This document shows, piece after piece, positions 18,794-28,940 of a DNA stretch of 64,000 bases (position 1 is the first letter of the stretch; each line of letters opens with the position of its first letter). The position numbers and the translations under genes are program-made. This DNA is from Escherichia coli (GTDB taxonomy: Bacteria > Pseudomonadota > Gammaproteobacteria > Enterobacterales > Enterobacteriaceae): assembly GCF_041248615.1 (NCBI RefSeq), contig NZ_CP158425.1. The stretch is one strand, 5' to 3'. A model generated the notes under the pieces. The model was given only the letters and a program-made list of their open reading frames with translations. It ran no database searches and was not told the DNA's origin.

Positions 18794-19215
18794 CCTCGCG
18801 CATACAGCCGGGCAGTGACGTCATCGTCTGCGCGGAAATGGACGAACAGTGGGGATACGTCGGGGCTAAATCGCGCCAGCGCTGGCTGTTTTACGCGTAT
18901 GACAGGCTCCGGAAGACGGTTGTTGCGCACGTATTCGGTGAACGCACTATGGCGACGCTGGGGCGTCTTATGAGCCTGCTGTCACCCTTTGACGTGGTGA
19001 TATGGATGACGGATGGCTGGCCGCTGTATGAATCCCGCCTGAAGGGAAAGCTGCACGTAATCAGCAAGCGATATACGCAGCGAATTGAGCGGCATAACCT
19101 GAATCTGAGGCAGCACCTGGCACGGCTGGGACGGAAGTCGCTGTCGTTCTCAAAATCGGTGGAGCTGCATGACAAAGTCATCGGGCATTATCTGAACATA
19201 AAACACTATCAATAA
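18712..19215 (+). CDS. insB: IS1 InsB reading frame (expressed as InsAB' by -1 frameshift)
   Basis: ...[21 protein letters not shown]...[12 protein letters not shown]. Confidence 0.9.
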   Translation: MPGNRPHYGRWPQHDFPPFKKLRPQSVTSRIQPGSDVIVCAEMDEQWGYVGAKSRQRWLFYAYDRLRKTVVAHVFGERTMATLGRLMSLLSPFDVVIWMTDGWPLYESRLKGKLHVISKRYTQRIERHNLNLRQHLARLGRKSLSFSKSVELHDKVIGHYLNIKHYQ

Positions 19216-19230
19216 GTTGGAGTCATTACC

Positions 19231-20737
19231 CTCCCCTCAAAGCCATATCACGTACGTTAATCCTGACTTCATTAAAATCAGTGGTTTCACTGAGGAAGAA
19301 CTATTAGGCCAGCCTCACAACATCGTAAGACACCCAGATATGCCGCCTGCTGCATTTGAGCATATGTGGAGTACATTAAAATCTGGCCGCTCATGGATGG
19401 GGCTAGTAAAAAATCGCTGTAAAAATGGCGACCACTATTGGGTAAGTGCTTATGTAACGCCAATAGCTAAGAATGGTTCGATTGTTGAATACCAGTCTGT
19501 AAGGACCAAGCCTGAACCTGAGCAGGTTTTGGCTGCGGAAAAATTATATGCTCAATTGAGAAGCGGGAAGGCCGCGAGGCCGAAATTGGCTGCTAGCTTT
19601 TCCGTGAAAATACTCTTGCTCATATGGGGTAGTATTATATCAAGCGCAATGGCTGCCGGCATGCTTACTGATACATCAATAAGCAGCTTATTGTTAGCCA
19701 CTTTAATGTCAGGAAGCTTAAGCTCTGTTAGTGTTTTGGCTATTCTCTCTCCTCTTGGAAGACTGGTTGAAAGAGCCAGGAATATTTCCAATAACCCATT
19801 AAGTCAATCCCTCTACACTGGGCGCACCGATGAGTTTGGCCAAATAGAGTTTGCTTTACGAATGATGCAAGCTGAAACAGGCGCCATAGTAGGTCGCATA
19901 GGTGATGCATCAAATCGGCTTAGCGAACACACCCGAGGCCTACTAAAGGATATTGAGTCAAGCAATGTACTTACAGTTGAGCAGCAGGCAGAGACAGATC
20001 AAATAGCAACGGCAGTAAACCAAATGGTGGCAAGCATTCAAGAGGTTGCGAGCAATGCACAGCATGCTGCAGATGCGGCCGGAAGAGCAGACACTGAGAC
20101 GGCATCTGGCCAGCGTCTGGTAGCCCACACAAGCCAGTCAATCACTGCCCTTGAAGGTGAAATTAGGCAAGCCACTCAGGTTATTCATGAGCTTGAAGGT
20201 CAAAGTAACGAGATATCAAAAGTTCTTGACGTTATACGAGGGATCGCCGAGCAAACGAATTTGTTGGCACTCAACGCAGCAATTGAGGCCGCGCGTGCTG
20301 GTGAGCAGGGGCGTGGTTTTGCTGTTGTCGCCGATGAGGTTCGCAGTCTTGCTGCTCGCACACAGCAATCGACAACGGATATTCAAAGCATGATCAGCGC
20401 TCTACAAGAGCGAGCGCAATCCGCTGTTACAGTCATGGAGCAAAGTAGTCGGCAAGCGCACACGAGTGTAGCTCACGCAGAGGAAGCAGCTACAGCTCTT
20501 GATGGAATTGGCCAACGCGTTAACGAAATTACCGACATGAACGCGCAAATAGCGACTGCGGTCGAGCAGCAGGGAGCAGTAAGTGAAGACATAAACCGCA
20601 GTATTATCAATATACGCGATGCTGCTGATACCAATGTACAGACCGGGCAGAATAATTTGCAAAGTGCGAAATCTGTCGCTCAGTTAACTAGCGCTCTGAG
20701 CGAACTGGCAAAACAGTTTTGGGAAAAACGAGGATAA
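19231..20737 (+). pseudogene. Aer-like PAS-domain methyl-accepting chemotaxis protein, N-terminus removed by IS1
   Basis: The frame opens at the IS1 boundary. The PAS core [39 protein letters not shown]...NGDHYWV resembles E. coli Aer. It is followed by a hydrophobic hairpin, HAMP and the MCP signalling domain ([31 protein letters not shown]). Confidence 0.8.
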
Positions 20738-20870
20738 CGCTTTTCAGTATCTCGACAGGGATAACTTACTTTACCATCGGTTATCCCTTTTAGCCGCACA
20801 AATTTTAGCCATGGCTTTTCAGGAAGTCAGGGCTATCAGAATGGCCTTAGAAAGCCTAGTCAAAGAGCTG

Positions 20871-21671
20871 TCACGAGAACACCGTTAGCTTAGCGTACGA
20901 TTTTTTCCGAATTCTGCGGTTCCCCCTTAAATACCTTCCGATGGACTTAAACCTTGCCGCTGCAACTTCCTCGAAATAGGGCAGCATTCTTTTGCTGGCA
21001 TTAGCGATTGCCTGCGTTCGTTGTGTGATGATTTTGCTGATGGCTGTGCTGATCTGCCCTTCTTTTAAGGCCGCTTCTCTGATTTGTTCAATGCGGGTAT
21101 CTGAAATACCAGAGGACAGAGCATTCTGAACTGATCCAATTGCCAAGGAAGTGACCGCCTGCTGCTCTTGAGAGGGCACTAACGCAACGCTAATGCCCGT
21201 CACAGGGTTTTCACGGTCATCTGTACCTAATTGCTCAATCGCGAGGTCACGGAGCCCCTGAGCATCACTCACGAGGGCTGTAAGCGATGCCTGTAGGCTA
21301 TTCACTTCTTCCTGAGCTTGTCTGAGTTCAGCATCCCGGATTACCTTATGGTCGGGTTCAAATACAAAACTGGACAGAAAATCCTTAACCAGGAAGCGAT
21401 GCTCTCGCATTTCTTTGCCACGTTCCCTACGGTAGCCACTGCTGTCTTCAGTGACAATAGCAACAGTCTGACCGTAAACGCGGGGATGGGCGCGTAGAAT
21501 TACTGTATGCAGCTTATCTTCAACGTAACGCAAAGACGTAATGAGCAGTGTATCCCCTGCCACAATACCCTCTTCAGGGATGCTGTCAGTGGACGTCCAG
21601 TACTGACCCGCCAGCAAAGAATGAAATCGCTCTAAACGGTCAATGCTATTTTTGCTGACCAGGTCACCCAT
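20871..21671 (-). CDS. hypothetical protein with central coiled-coil
   Basis: 266-aa ORF with a GGAAGGA RBS 8 nt upstream of the ATG. No recognisable motif. Confidence 0.55.
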   Translation of the reverse strand: MGDLVSKNSIDRLERFHSLLAGQYWTSTDSIPEEGIVAGDTLLITSLRYVEDKLHTVILRAHPRVYGQTVAIVTEDSSGYRRERGKEMREHRFLVKDFLSSFVFEPDHKVIRDAELRQAQEEVNSLQASLTALVSDAQGLRDLAIEQLGTDDRENPVTGISVALVPSQEQQAVTSLAIGSVQNALSSGISDTRIEQIREAALKEGQISTAISKIITQRTQAIANASKRMLPYFEEVAAARFKSIGRYLRGNRRIRKKSYAKLTVFS

Positions 21672-21860
21672 ATACTTTTCCTTCCAGATTCGTGTGTTAG
21701 GTGAATCATACCAGATTGCCCTTGCCGTCTAATAACGCAGAAAACTGTGAATCCAAAATTCCTTAAATTCAAACCTGTCCAATATAAAAGATGGCTCTTT
21801 TTCTTATCCAGTGTTAAGCGATAATGCTCAATTTTATTTCATTATTGTCAGAATCAAAAT

Positions 21861-21896
21861 AATCTGAAAATAAAAAAGGCTTCAGAATTGAAGCCT
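21861..21896 (-). terminator. rho-independent terminator after the 118-aa gene
   Basis: Stem AGGCTTCA/TGAAGCCT with loop GAAT, followed on the minus strand by a T-run. Confidence 0.7.
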
Positions 21897-21921
21897 CTAT
21901 ATTATACAACGTGAATGTATT

Positions 21922-22278
21922 TTATTTATCTTTCACCGGGTTCATTTCCCAGTATCTTTCACGTACGTTTTCTTGGCAATGGTCCGCTCGCTCCGGCGTG
22001 TCCCTTTTACGAGTAGCAAATGCTTCAATTACGGCATTCAAGTCTTTTTCTTTGATTTTAGATCCAACAGGCAAGTTTTCTTCAAACTCAGTCCTTACCA
22101 GTTCTTTCGTTTTTTTATAATCGGTTTCACTTTGGATTTCAGGTTTTAAACAAATATCGGCAACCATCACATCTGATTTGCCCGGGATCGGTTTTTTCCC
22201 GTTTTCAGATGCAAGGACCGCAGAGGAGGTAAAGGCGACAGACAGAGTTGCACATAACAGAAGGTATTTTAATTTCAT
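21922..22278 (-). CDS. small secreted protein
   Basis: Signal peptide MKLKYLLLCATLSVAFTSSAVLA. GGAGTG RBS. Confidence 0.6.
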   Translation of the reverse strand: MKLKYLLLCATLSVAFTSSAVLASENGKKPIPGKSDVMVADICLKPEIQSETDYKKTKELVRTEFEENLPVGSKIKEKDLNAVIEAFATRKRDTPERADHCQENVRERYWEMNPVKDK

Positions 22279-22427
22279 GACTCACTCCATGATTATCAAT
22301 GATGGTTGCTCAGACACATCATTTATACCATGCCTGTCACCGAATACGAGATCCCCATATTTTGGCTTTAAATATTATCCAATAGGGTTTCATACACCTG
22401 GCTTCTGAAAGCAAGGTTCAAGGAGCT

Positions 22428-23045
22428 TCAGGGGGAAATCAGATTGTTGTCGACCCAGTACTTGTGCAAACCTACCACCCAATTCCTGGAAATGGACGAA
22501 AGTTCATGCGCCAGTTCACGACAGCATTCAGGCGTAAAAATACGTATGGGTCCTGAAGTACCGATATCAACAGACATGATAAACTCCAGAATGTTGCCAT
22601 GGCATAGGTTGTTTCTCAGCCTGACAATTTCTGCTTCAGGTGTTCTCCCGGCTGCTACCTTAACCAACATATCCTGCTCGGCTGGAAATGAAAGTAATTC
22701 TACCGGCACCCCTTCCTGCTTGGCCTTTCTCAGTAAGGCATTACTCATTACGGAGATACCCTCCAAGTCCACCAGCTCAGGAGCTGCATGCTGATCGTTA
22801 ACTGTTGGTTTCAGCATCAGCGACTTCAACGTAACCATGAGTGATGTTTCAATCCCGTTCAGGAAGCTCGTACAGGCCGGTATCCATAGTTCGTGATGCA
22901 ACGCCTCGGTTGCTTGTTTAAAGAACCAGTCAATCACGGGGACAGTGTGATAATCATAATAGTGATTTATCTCGCTGAATCTTGACATATAAGCATCGTA
23001 CTCAGCCTGGTCTTCAGGAGATAAAAAATTTGGTGGGAGGGGCAT
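22428..23045 (-). CDS. hypothetical protein with a HEPN-like R-x4-H motif
   Basis: 205-aa ORF with an AAGGA RBS. C-terminal third contains VRLRNNLCHGN (RNxxxHG). Confidence 0.55.
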   Translation of the reverse strand: MPLPPNFLSPEDQAEYDAYMSRFSEINHYYDYHTVPVIDWFFKQATEALHHELWIPACTSFLNGIETSLMVTLKSLMLKPTVNDQHAAPELVDLEGISVMSNALLRKAKQEGVPVELLSFPAEQDMLVKVAAGRTPEAEIVRLRNNLCHGNILEFIMSVDIGTSGPIRIFTPECCRELAHELSSISRNWVVGLHKYWVDNNLISP

Positions 23046-23199
23046 CAGAATCCTTTCATCCTAGCTTGTATACCTTCTTCGTAGGCCAGCTCGCCATTAT
23101 CGGTAAAAGATGGTTTTTGGTGTTTGTGACAAAGCTTAATTTTTCGTCAGGCTCGATAGCGTTACCGGAGAGATTTGATCTTTTCTCTGTAACTCGCAA

Positions 23200-23219
23200 T
23201 ACTGTTTATACATACAGTA
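23200..23219. promoter_or_regulatory. LexA (SOS) box upstream of the umuD-like gene
   Basis: TACTGTTTATACATACAGTA fits CTGT-N8-ACAG. It ends 20 bp before the umuD-like ATG. Confidence 0.85.
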
Positions 23220-23238
23220 TGAGAATTCGAGTGTAGCT

Positions 23239-23673
23239 ATGTCTGTTATCCTTGAGCACATTAGCAACAAGCCTTACGAAATGGCACCTTTTTTCAGTGA
23301 TTTACTGAGCTGTGGAGTGATGAGTCCGTGCGCCGGGCATGAAGATAATGAATTAAATTTGCATGAATATGTAGTCCGTAACCGCCCCTCAACCTTCTTT
23401 GTCAGGGCGGCGGGCCTCAGTATGATCAATGCCGGTATCAATGATGGCGCTATTCTGGTTGTGGATCGGTCTTTAACGGCACGACACGGCTCTATCGTCG
23501 TTGCGCTGGTGGATGGAGAGTTCACGGTAAAGATCTTACACACGTATCCTGAGCTGCTTTTGATGCCTTCTAATCCAGCCTATAAGCCGATACGTGTAAA
23601 TCCCGAATCCCTTGAGATATGGGGCGTCGTCACCTTTGCACTGAATCAGTTTAGCCATGTACATGCACGTTGA
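23239..23673 (+). CDS. UmuD/RumA/MucA-like SOS mutagenesis protein (S24 peptidase)
   Basis: 144 aa with LexA-like self-cleavage architecture: an SCG/CAG cleavage region, and Ser (GLSMINAG) and Lys (FTVKIL) positions. Confidence 0.85.
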   Translation: MSVILEHISNKPYEMAPFFSDLLSCGVMSPCAGHEDNELNLHEYVVRNRPSTFFVRAAGLSMINAGINDGAILVVDRSLTARHGSIVVALVDGEFTVKILHTYPELLLMPSNPAYKPIRVNPESLEIWGVVTFALNQFSHVHAR

Positions 23674-24916
23674 TATTAACGGGGCCTATGCGGCATTTGA
23701 GTGTGCGATGGATCCCAAGCTGGCAAAAAAGCCGCTCATCATAGCCAGCAATAACGATTCGTCCGTCATTGCAATGAATAAACTGGCTAAAAGCGTTGGT
23801 ATTAAGCGTGGGACCCCAATTTTTAAGTGCAGGGATTTGATTCAGCAACACCAGATCGAAGTCCGGAGCTCTAACTTTACTTTGTATGAAGACTACTCAA
23901 ATCGCTTCCATGAAACGCTGGAAAGCTTCGCGCCTCAATCGAGTCGATATAGCATAGATGAAAATTTCATGTTATTGAAAAACATGAACAAGATAATAGA
24001 TTATGAAGATTACGGCCGGTTGATCAGAAGTACACTTCTTCATAATCTGTCCCTTACCTGTGGTGTGGGGTGTTCAAGCACCAAAACCCTGGCTAAATTA
24101 TGCACCTATGCGAGCAAACGATGGGCAGCTACAGGCGGGGTTGTAGTTTTGACTGATCAGGCCAGGATCAGGAAGCTCCTGGGCCTTATCAGTACCAGAG
24201 AAATATGGGGTATTGGTCAAAAGATCAGTGAACGCCTGTCGGCTTTCGGGATCATCACTGCCGGTGATTTTTATAATAGCGACGTTCGCTTTTTACGTAA
24301 AAGCTTTGGCGTTGAAATCGAGCGTACCTGGCGGGAACTGCATGGCGAACCATGTTTCCGGCTGCATGAATCCCCTCCTGTCCGGCAACAGATTATCGTT
24401 TCCAGAAGTTTTGGTCAGCGCCTTAATGAGATAGGCAAGCTACATGAGGCAGTTTCATTTTTTACCGCCCGGGCGGCAGAGCAGCTGCGCAAGGATGGCT
24501 CGTGGACCCGTCAAATCACAGTCTTCATTCAGAGCAGCAATTATGCGCAAGGTGAAAACCGCTACAGCAATTGTGGTATCGAGCCGCTTACCGCTACACA
24601 GGACACCCGCGATCTGGTTGATGCAGCCATGACCATCCTGAACCGCATTTACAAACCCGGGATAGCGTATGCGAAAGCTGGGGTAATGCTCTCCGCTATG
24701 ACTGACGGCACAGAGCAACTCAGCCTGTTTGATGAGCGCCCGGCCAGGCCTGGCAGTCAGGCACTGATGAAAGTTATGGACCGGTTCAATAAAGAAAAGC
24801 GCGGAGCTCTGTTTTTGCTGGGGGAAGGCATTCAACAGGATTTTCGTATGAAACAGGCCATGCTATCACCGAGATATACGACCCGCTGGGATGAATTACT
24901 CGTTGTAAAAGCGTAG
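23657..24916 (+). CDS. UmuC/RumB-like Y-family DNA polymerase V subunit
   Basis: 419 aa. VDINGAYAAFE at the N-terminus and SIDENF are Y-family motifs. Overlaps the umuD-like gene by 17 nt. Confidence 0.85.
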   Translation: MYMHVDINGAYAAFECAMDPKLAKKPLIIASNNDSSVIAMNKLAKSVGIKRGTPIFKCRDLIQQHQIEVRSSNFTLYEDYSNRFHETLESFAPQSSRYSIDENFMLLKNMNKIIDYEDYGRLIRSTLLHNLSLTCGVGCSSTKTLAKLCTYASKRWAATGGVVVLTDQARIRKLLGLISTREIWGIGQKISERLSAFGIITAGDFYNSDVRFLRKSFGVEIERTWRELHGEPCFRLHESPPVRQQIIVSRSFGQRLNEIGKLHEAVSFFTARAAEQLRKDGSWTRQITVFIQSSNYAQGENRYSNCGIEPLTATQDTRDLVDAAMTILNRIYKPGIAYAKAGVMLSAMTDGTEQLSLFDERPARPGSQALMKVMDRFNKEKRGALFLLGEGIQQDFRMKQAMLSPRYTTRWDELLVVKA

Positions 24917-24961
24917 CGGCCATGACCGGCATGGCCGTACTCATCAAAAGTGAAAGTAACT

Positions 24962-25771
24962 TTAGGCCCCGCGAGCTTTTTCGATTGCGCCCTGCAAAGT
25001 TGCTGCGTCCATAGCCCCGGGGATAAATGTGGTAGTCGCCGCATTCGGCTTTTTCATATTCATAATGATGAAGCCGGGTGTGCCGGTGATCCCAAGCGCT
25101 TCGCCCAGCTGCATGTTGCCGGAGATCACGTTTTCATATCGGTTTTTTTCCCTGTCAGAAAACGTGCTGTTAAACCCTGACTTATCCACCACAGTATTAA
25201 AGTCGCTGAGTTCGAATTTGCGTTGAGAGGTCATGAAGGTATGAGCCACAGCCATCAGGTTGTTGTGGTATTTACGATAGGCTTCAGCACCGAAATTCTG
25301 ATAGACGTGCAGACCCGTAGCGGCCCCCATGGCAGATACAGGTTTTGAACCGGCAAAAATCGGGAATTCTTTAAAGAAGAATTTTACATCTTTGCTCTGA
25401 TTCATTACCGATTCAACAACAGGTGTAACCCGCATGCAGTAAATACACTGATAGTCGAAGAACTCGATTACCGCGACGTCGGCGTCATCCGGGCCGATGT
25501 TTGGCGTCTCCTTGGTATCCAGCAGAGCTGGCGCATATGGAATTATTCGTTCCACTGAGGCACTTACGTTCTGATTTTCCAGCGCCTTACCTGCTTCCAC
25601 TAAATAATGGGGATTTTTTACCAGGTAAGTAGCGGCAATTTTGCCAATTTCTTCCTCACTGAGCACCTTCGGTTTAAAATAAGTTGCCGCGATTAACGCC
25701 GAGGCAGCGGTAGCAATTACCGCAGAAATTAAAATCGTGGCCATCGGTTTTAAATAAAATTCTTTAGACAT
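24962..25771 (-). CDS. membrane-anchored DsbA-like thiol:disulfide oxidoreductase
   Basis: N-terminal TM segment and a thioredoxin CxxC motif (FFDYQCIYCMRV). Confidence 0.75.
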   Translation of the reverse strand: MSKEFYLKPMATILISAVIATAASALIAATYFKPKVLSEEEIGKIAATYLVKNPHYLVEAGKALENQNVSASVERIIPYAPALLDTKETPNIGPDDADVAVIEFFDYQCIYCMRVTPVVESVMNQSKDVKFFFKEFPIFAGSKPVSAMGAATGLHVYQNFGAEAYRKYHNNLMAVAHTFMTSQRKFELSDFNTVVDKSGFNSTFSDREKNRYENVISGNMQLGEALGITGTPGFIIMNMKKPNAATTTFIPGAMDAATLQGAIEKARGA

Positions 25772-25877
25772 AGCTACCTTTATGCTTTTCAGCCTGTTAG
25801 TTATTAACCTGCGATGGATTATACTGGCCCGGTAAATCGGAATTATTCGTGAAACAATGCTTTTTGGAGATTAAAGG

Positions 25878-26489
25878 ATGATTAGGCAGGGCTTTATACT
25901 CACAACCGCAATGCTTTTGAGTGGTTGTGGATATCATTTCGCAAACCAGGTAGATGCGTACGATCTAATGCCTCGTCCTGTTACAAATAAAAGGTTTCAG
26001 ATAGTCCCTCCGGACGAAAGTATTCAGTCCAGAATGTTTTCAGGCCGTTTTGCTGATGGATTAGCAAAAAAAGGAGTCATTATTTCCACTCACCAGCCAG
26101 ATTATGTGCTCAGGTTCCGAATGAGCAGCTCACAGGAGAACATGCAGTATAGCGAGCAGCTTCTTACTGGGGTGACAGGCTACGTTGTAGATAAAAAGAC
26201 AACGAGAACTGACAAGCATGGCGAATCGCATACTGACTATGACTACAGGCCGGTCGATGGGGTAATAGGCACTGAGACGATGTCGCAGATGCACTATATG
26301 CGACAGCTGGATGTCGAGGTATACCCGTCAGCGAAAGGAGCAAAGCAGGTTCTGAAAGTGAGTATGCAAAGCAATGCACCTGTGCCGTCAGACAGCATTG
26401 CTTATTCAGCAATGATCGACGCCTTTACTGATAAATTTGATGCGCCGCTGCGTTCCGGAAATTATGTTGCAGTGATCCCCTGGAACTGA
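25878..26489 (+). CDS. lipoprotein of unknown function
   Basis: Lipobox LLSGC at residues 13-17. RBS GGAG. Confidence 0.6.
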   Translation: MIRQGFILTTAMLLSGCGYHFANQVDAYDLMPRPVTNKRFQIVPPDESIQSRMFSGRFADGLAKKGVIISTHQPDYVLRFRMSSSQENMQYSEQLLTGVTGYVVDKKTTRTDKHGESHTDYDYRPVDGVIGTETMSQMHYMRQLDVEVYPSAKGAKQVLKVSMQSNAPVPSDSIAYSAMIDAFTDKFDAPLRSGNYVAVIPWN

Positions 26490-26548
26490 AAGCAGACGGC
26501 GGGAAGAGAATGTTCAAAAGTGACTTTTGGACACGCACATAAACGTGG

Positions 26549-26971
26549 CTATCGCCCTCCCCCATTAAAATCATAAAGTCGGTAAAGATCGCCCATCGTG
26601 ATGGAATTGGGCTTATTAATGATTAGATACTGTAACTGTTCTTTATGTTGAGTACTGGCGGCTGCATTCATAAGCACTTCCAGGTAGAACTTGTAGCCTA
26701 TGCTTCGCTCTGAATACATATACTGGAACTGCAACAGTAAAATGCCTGACATAACATACAACAGCAGCAGACTGAGTAACACAGTGCTATCAGGCTGTTC
26801 CAGTGCCATACTGACATACCCTGAACCCAGAATGCACAGAAGCCAACCCGTCATTAGAGCAGGCACCCTACGACTCAGACGTTCATAACAACGTTTTATT
26901 ACGGGATCCCGGAGATACTTTTTGTCAGGTATCCCCGTTGCCCTGATGACGAAGTTACTGAGTATCGACAT
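26549..26971 (-). CDS. small inner-membrane protein (two to three TM segments)
   Basis: 140 aa with a GAAGGAAAAAAG RBS. Size and topology are compatible with an entry-exclusion-type protein, but there is no sequence evidence for that. Confidence 0.5.
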   Translation of the reverse strand: MSILSNFVIRATGIPDKKYLRDPVIKRCYERLSRRVPALMTGWLLCILGSGYVSMALEQPDSTVLLSLLLLYVMSGILLLQFQYMYSERSIGYKFYLEVLMNAAASTQHKEQLQYLIINKPNSITMGDLYRLYDFNGGGR

Positions 26972-27004
26972 CTTTTTTCCTTCTGGACGCTCTCAGTCAA
27001 TAAA

Positions 27005-27397
27005 TCAGGCCAGGCGCTCATTGAAAGCTACCACGAGCTGCGAATCGGGATTTTTTACCAGTTCGGGCCGGATAACTTTTAGTTGCCTCGTTGGGGCGAG
27101 CTCATCTGTAGGCCTGATGGTGGTATTACCCGGCCCCTTGCGGGTACTGTCGGTGTTTACCTTGAGCTTTTTATTTCCCAGGTAGCTTTCCATCTTTTTA
27201 GAGATGGTGTCACCTGTGGTCGCAACACCAGAGAGTTCCTTTAGTTGTTCACCTTGATCCATTTGTACCGATGACATCAGAAATACGATTCCTGGATCGT
27301 TTTCCGTTCCACAGGCTCCGTACTGACATTGTGCAGCGAAAACGGGCTGTACACCTACAGCAACCAGCATTAACGTACTCAGTAAAGTAGATTTCAT
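27005..27397 (-). CDS. small secreted protein
   Basis: MKSTLLSTLMLVAVGVQPVFA signal peptide. AGAGG RBS 5 nt before the ATG at 27397. Confidence 0.55.
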   Translation of the reverse strand: MKSTLLSTLMLVAVGVQPVFAAQCQYGACGTENDPGIVFLMSSVQMDQGEQLKELSGVATTGDTISKKMESYLGNKKLKVNTDSTRKGPGNTTIRPTDELAPTRQLKVIRPELVKNPDSQLVVAFNERLA

Positions 27398-27421
27398 ACA
27401 CACCTCTTACAGTCGGAAAAG

Positions 27422-28171
27422 TTACTTTTGCGCAGCGCCCATTTGGGTCACCAGGTTTTCCGGGCTCAGCCACCCCGTAAATAACTGCGGTTTGCCGCTT
27501 AGTGTCACCATGGTAGGAGTACCTTGCAGCGGGATTGTTGAGGCCACCTGGAAATGCGATTTGATAATGTTTAAGCAAGCCTCATCAGGACGTCCTTCCG
27601 GGATAGTTGAAACCGGATTCATCGCTGCATCCAGAGCTTCGTTTGGCTTTGCTGAACACCAGATTTTGGCCATGTTCCCGGCTACTACCGAGTTCAGTCC
27701 TGCACGTGGGAATGCAAGAAACTTAATCGAAATACCGGCATCAAGATAAGACTTCAGATCATGATGCAGTTTTTGGCAGTATCCACAGGTTATATCGGTA
27801 AAGATAGCAAGCCGGTATTTTTCGTTTGGTGATTTGTAGTCGATGGATTTTGTTTTGGATGCGAATTCCCGGACGCCCATTAAAATGGCCTGCTCAGTGG
27901 TGTTTACCACATCTTTACCTTTCACGTGGAATAAGCTTCCGGTAAAAATGTAATCTCCGTCTTTGCTCACGTAACTTACCCCCTCCCTGGAAATCACCGT
28001 AAAAATATCTTTTACTGGCGAGGGTTCGACGTGCTCGATTGAAAGCCCAATGGCTTTGAGCTTATCCCGGGCTGCATCTGGCAGTACCATTGTATTAACC
28101 GGCTCGGCATTCATCGTGAAGGCGGTACTTAATGAAAGAAGTAATACCGATGCCTTAATAATTTTTTTCAT
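27422..28171 (-). CDS. dsbC: DsbC-like periplasmic disulfide isomerase
   Basis: Signal peptide, an N-terminal dimerisation-like domain and a thioredoxin CGYC motif (DITCGYCQKLH). DsbC homologues are typical of SXT/IncC-type transfer regions. Confidence 0.8.
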   Translation of the reverse strand: MKKIIKASVLLLSLSTAFTMNAEPVNTMVLPDAARDKLKAIGLSIEHVEPSPVKDIFTVISREGVSYVSKDGDYIFTGSLFHVKGKDVVNTTEQAILMGVREFASKTKSIDYKSPNEKYRLAIFTDITCGYCQKLHHDLKSYLDAGISIKFLAFPRAGLNSVVAGNMAKIWCSAKPNEALDAAMNPVSTIPEGRPDEACLNIIKSHFQVASTIPLQGTPTMVTLSGKPQLFTGWLSPENLVTQMGAAQK

Positions 28172-28318
28172 TTATGCTCCTTGAATCGAGCACTAATATT
28201 ATCACGCCCAAAAATTCCAGAATTTTGCTTAAACGCTTAAATCAACGGGTAAAGCCGAAAGAAAGTCGATAGATATATGGGAGAATAGATAAAACGTAGA
28301 TTCAGTGGAGAAATCGTT

Positions 28319-28858
28319 GTGTTTACACCACCAGCAGATGATGTGAAACCTATTCCCGTTCCTGATGAGATTTACACTCAGTGCATTACGGATGCCGCCC
28401 GCTTCTTCGGAATTGATGCCGAACTGGTTTTTACGTTGTTTGACAATGAAGGCGGTAAGGTTGGTACTTTCAGCAGGAATACTAACGGCACTTATGATAT
28501 TGGCCCGATGCAGATCAACTCATCCAATCTGCCTGAAATAAAAAAGCATTTCCCGACTGTAACGTGGCGGGTTCTGGCTTACGATGCTTGCGCTAGTTTC
28601 TGGGTTGGAACATGGTGGCTCTACAGAAAAATTGTTGATCGCAAGGGCAATGTGTTTGAAGGGATTGCAGATTACAACAGCAAAACCCCAAAGGTACGTG
28701 CAAAGTACATATTTAACTTCATGGTAAAGTACAATCGCCGGATCCAGCAGCGTAACGGGATGGGTGAGCTTTATCAATGGACCCAACAACCTCCTCGATA
28801 CAATGGCCATATAGCTAAAAATGTCCCGGAGCAAAACCCGACTCCTGTTGTTAAATAA
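28319..28858 (+). CDS. SLT-domain lytic transglycosylase
   Basis: FDNEGGKVGTFSRNTNGTYDIGPMQINS resembles plasmid Orf169/TrbN-type transglycosylases, with the catalytic E in NEGG. Confidence 0.75.
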   Translation: MFTPPADDVKPIPVPDEIYTQCITDAARFFGIDAELVFTLFDNEGGKVGTFSRNTNGTYDIGPMQINSSNLPEIKKHFPTVTWRVLAYDACASFWVGTWWLYRKIVDRKGNVFEGIADYNSKTPKVRAKYIFNFMVKYNRRIQQRNGMGELYQWTQQPPRYNGHIAKNVPEQNPTPVVK

Positions 28859-28940
28859 ATTCAACCTGATATTACAGAAGATCATCGAGTAGCTTGGGTA
28901 CCCCCCCGCAAAAAATTCGCATAGACTCAGGGGTAATAAA

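Larger units (their letters stand above)
18463..19230 (+). mobile_element. IS1 (768 bp)
   Basis: GGTGATGCTGCCAACTTACTGAT... to ...GTTGGAGTCATTACC. insA/insB with the A6C frameshift site. It cuts the Tn2 sequence upstream of blaTEM on one side and the MCP gene on the other. Confidence 0.95.
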
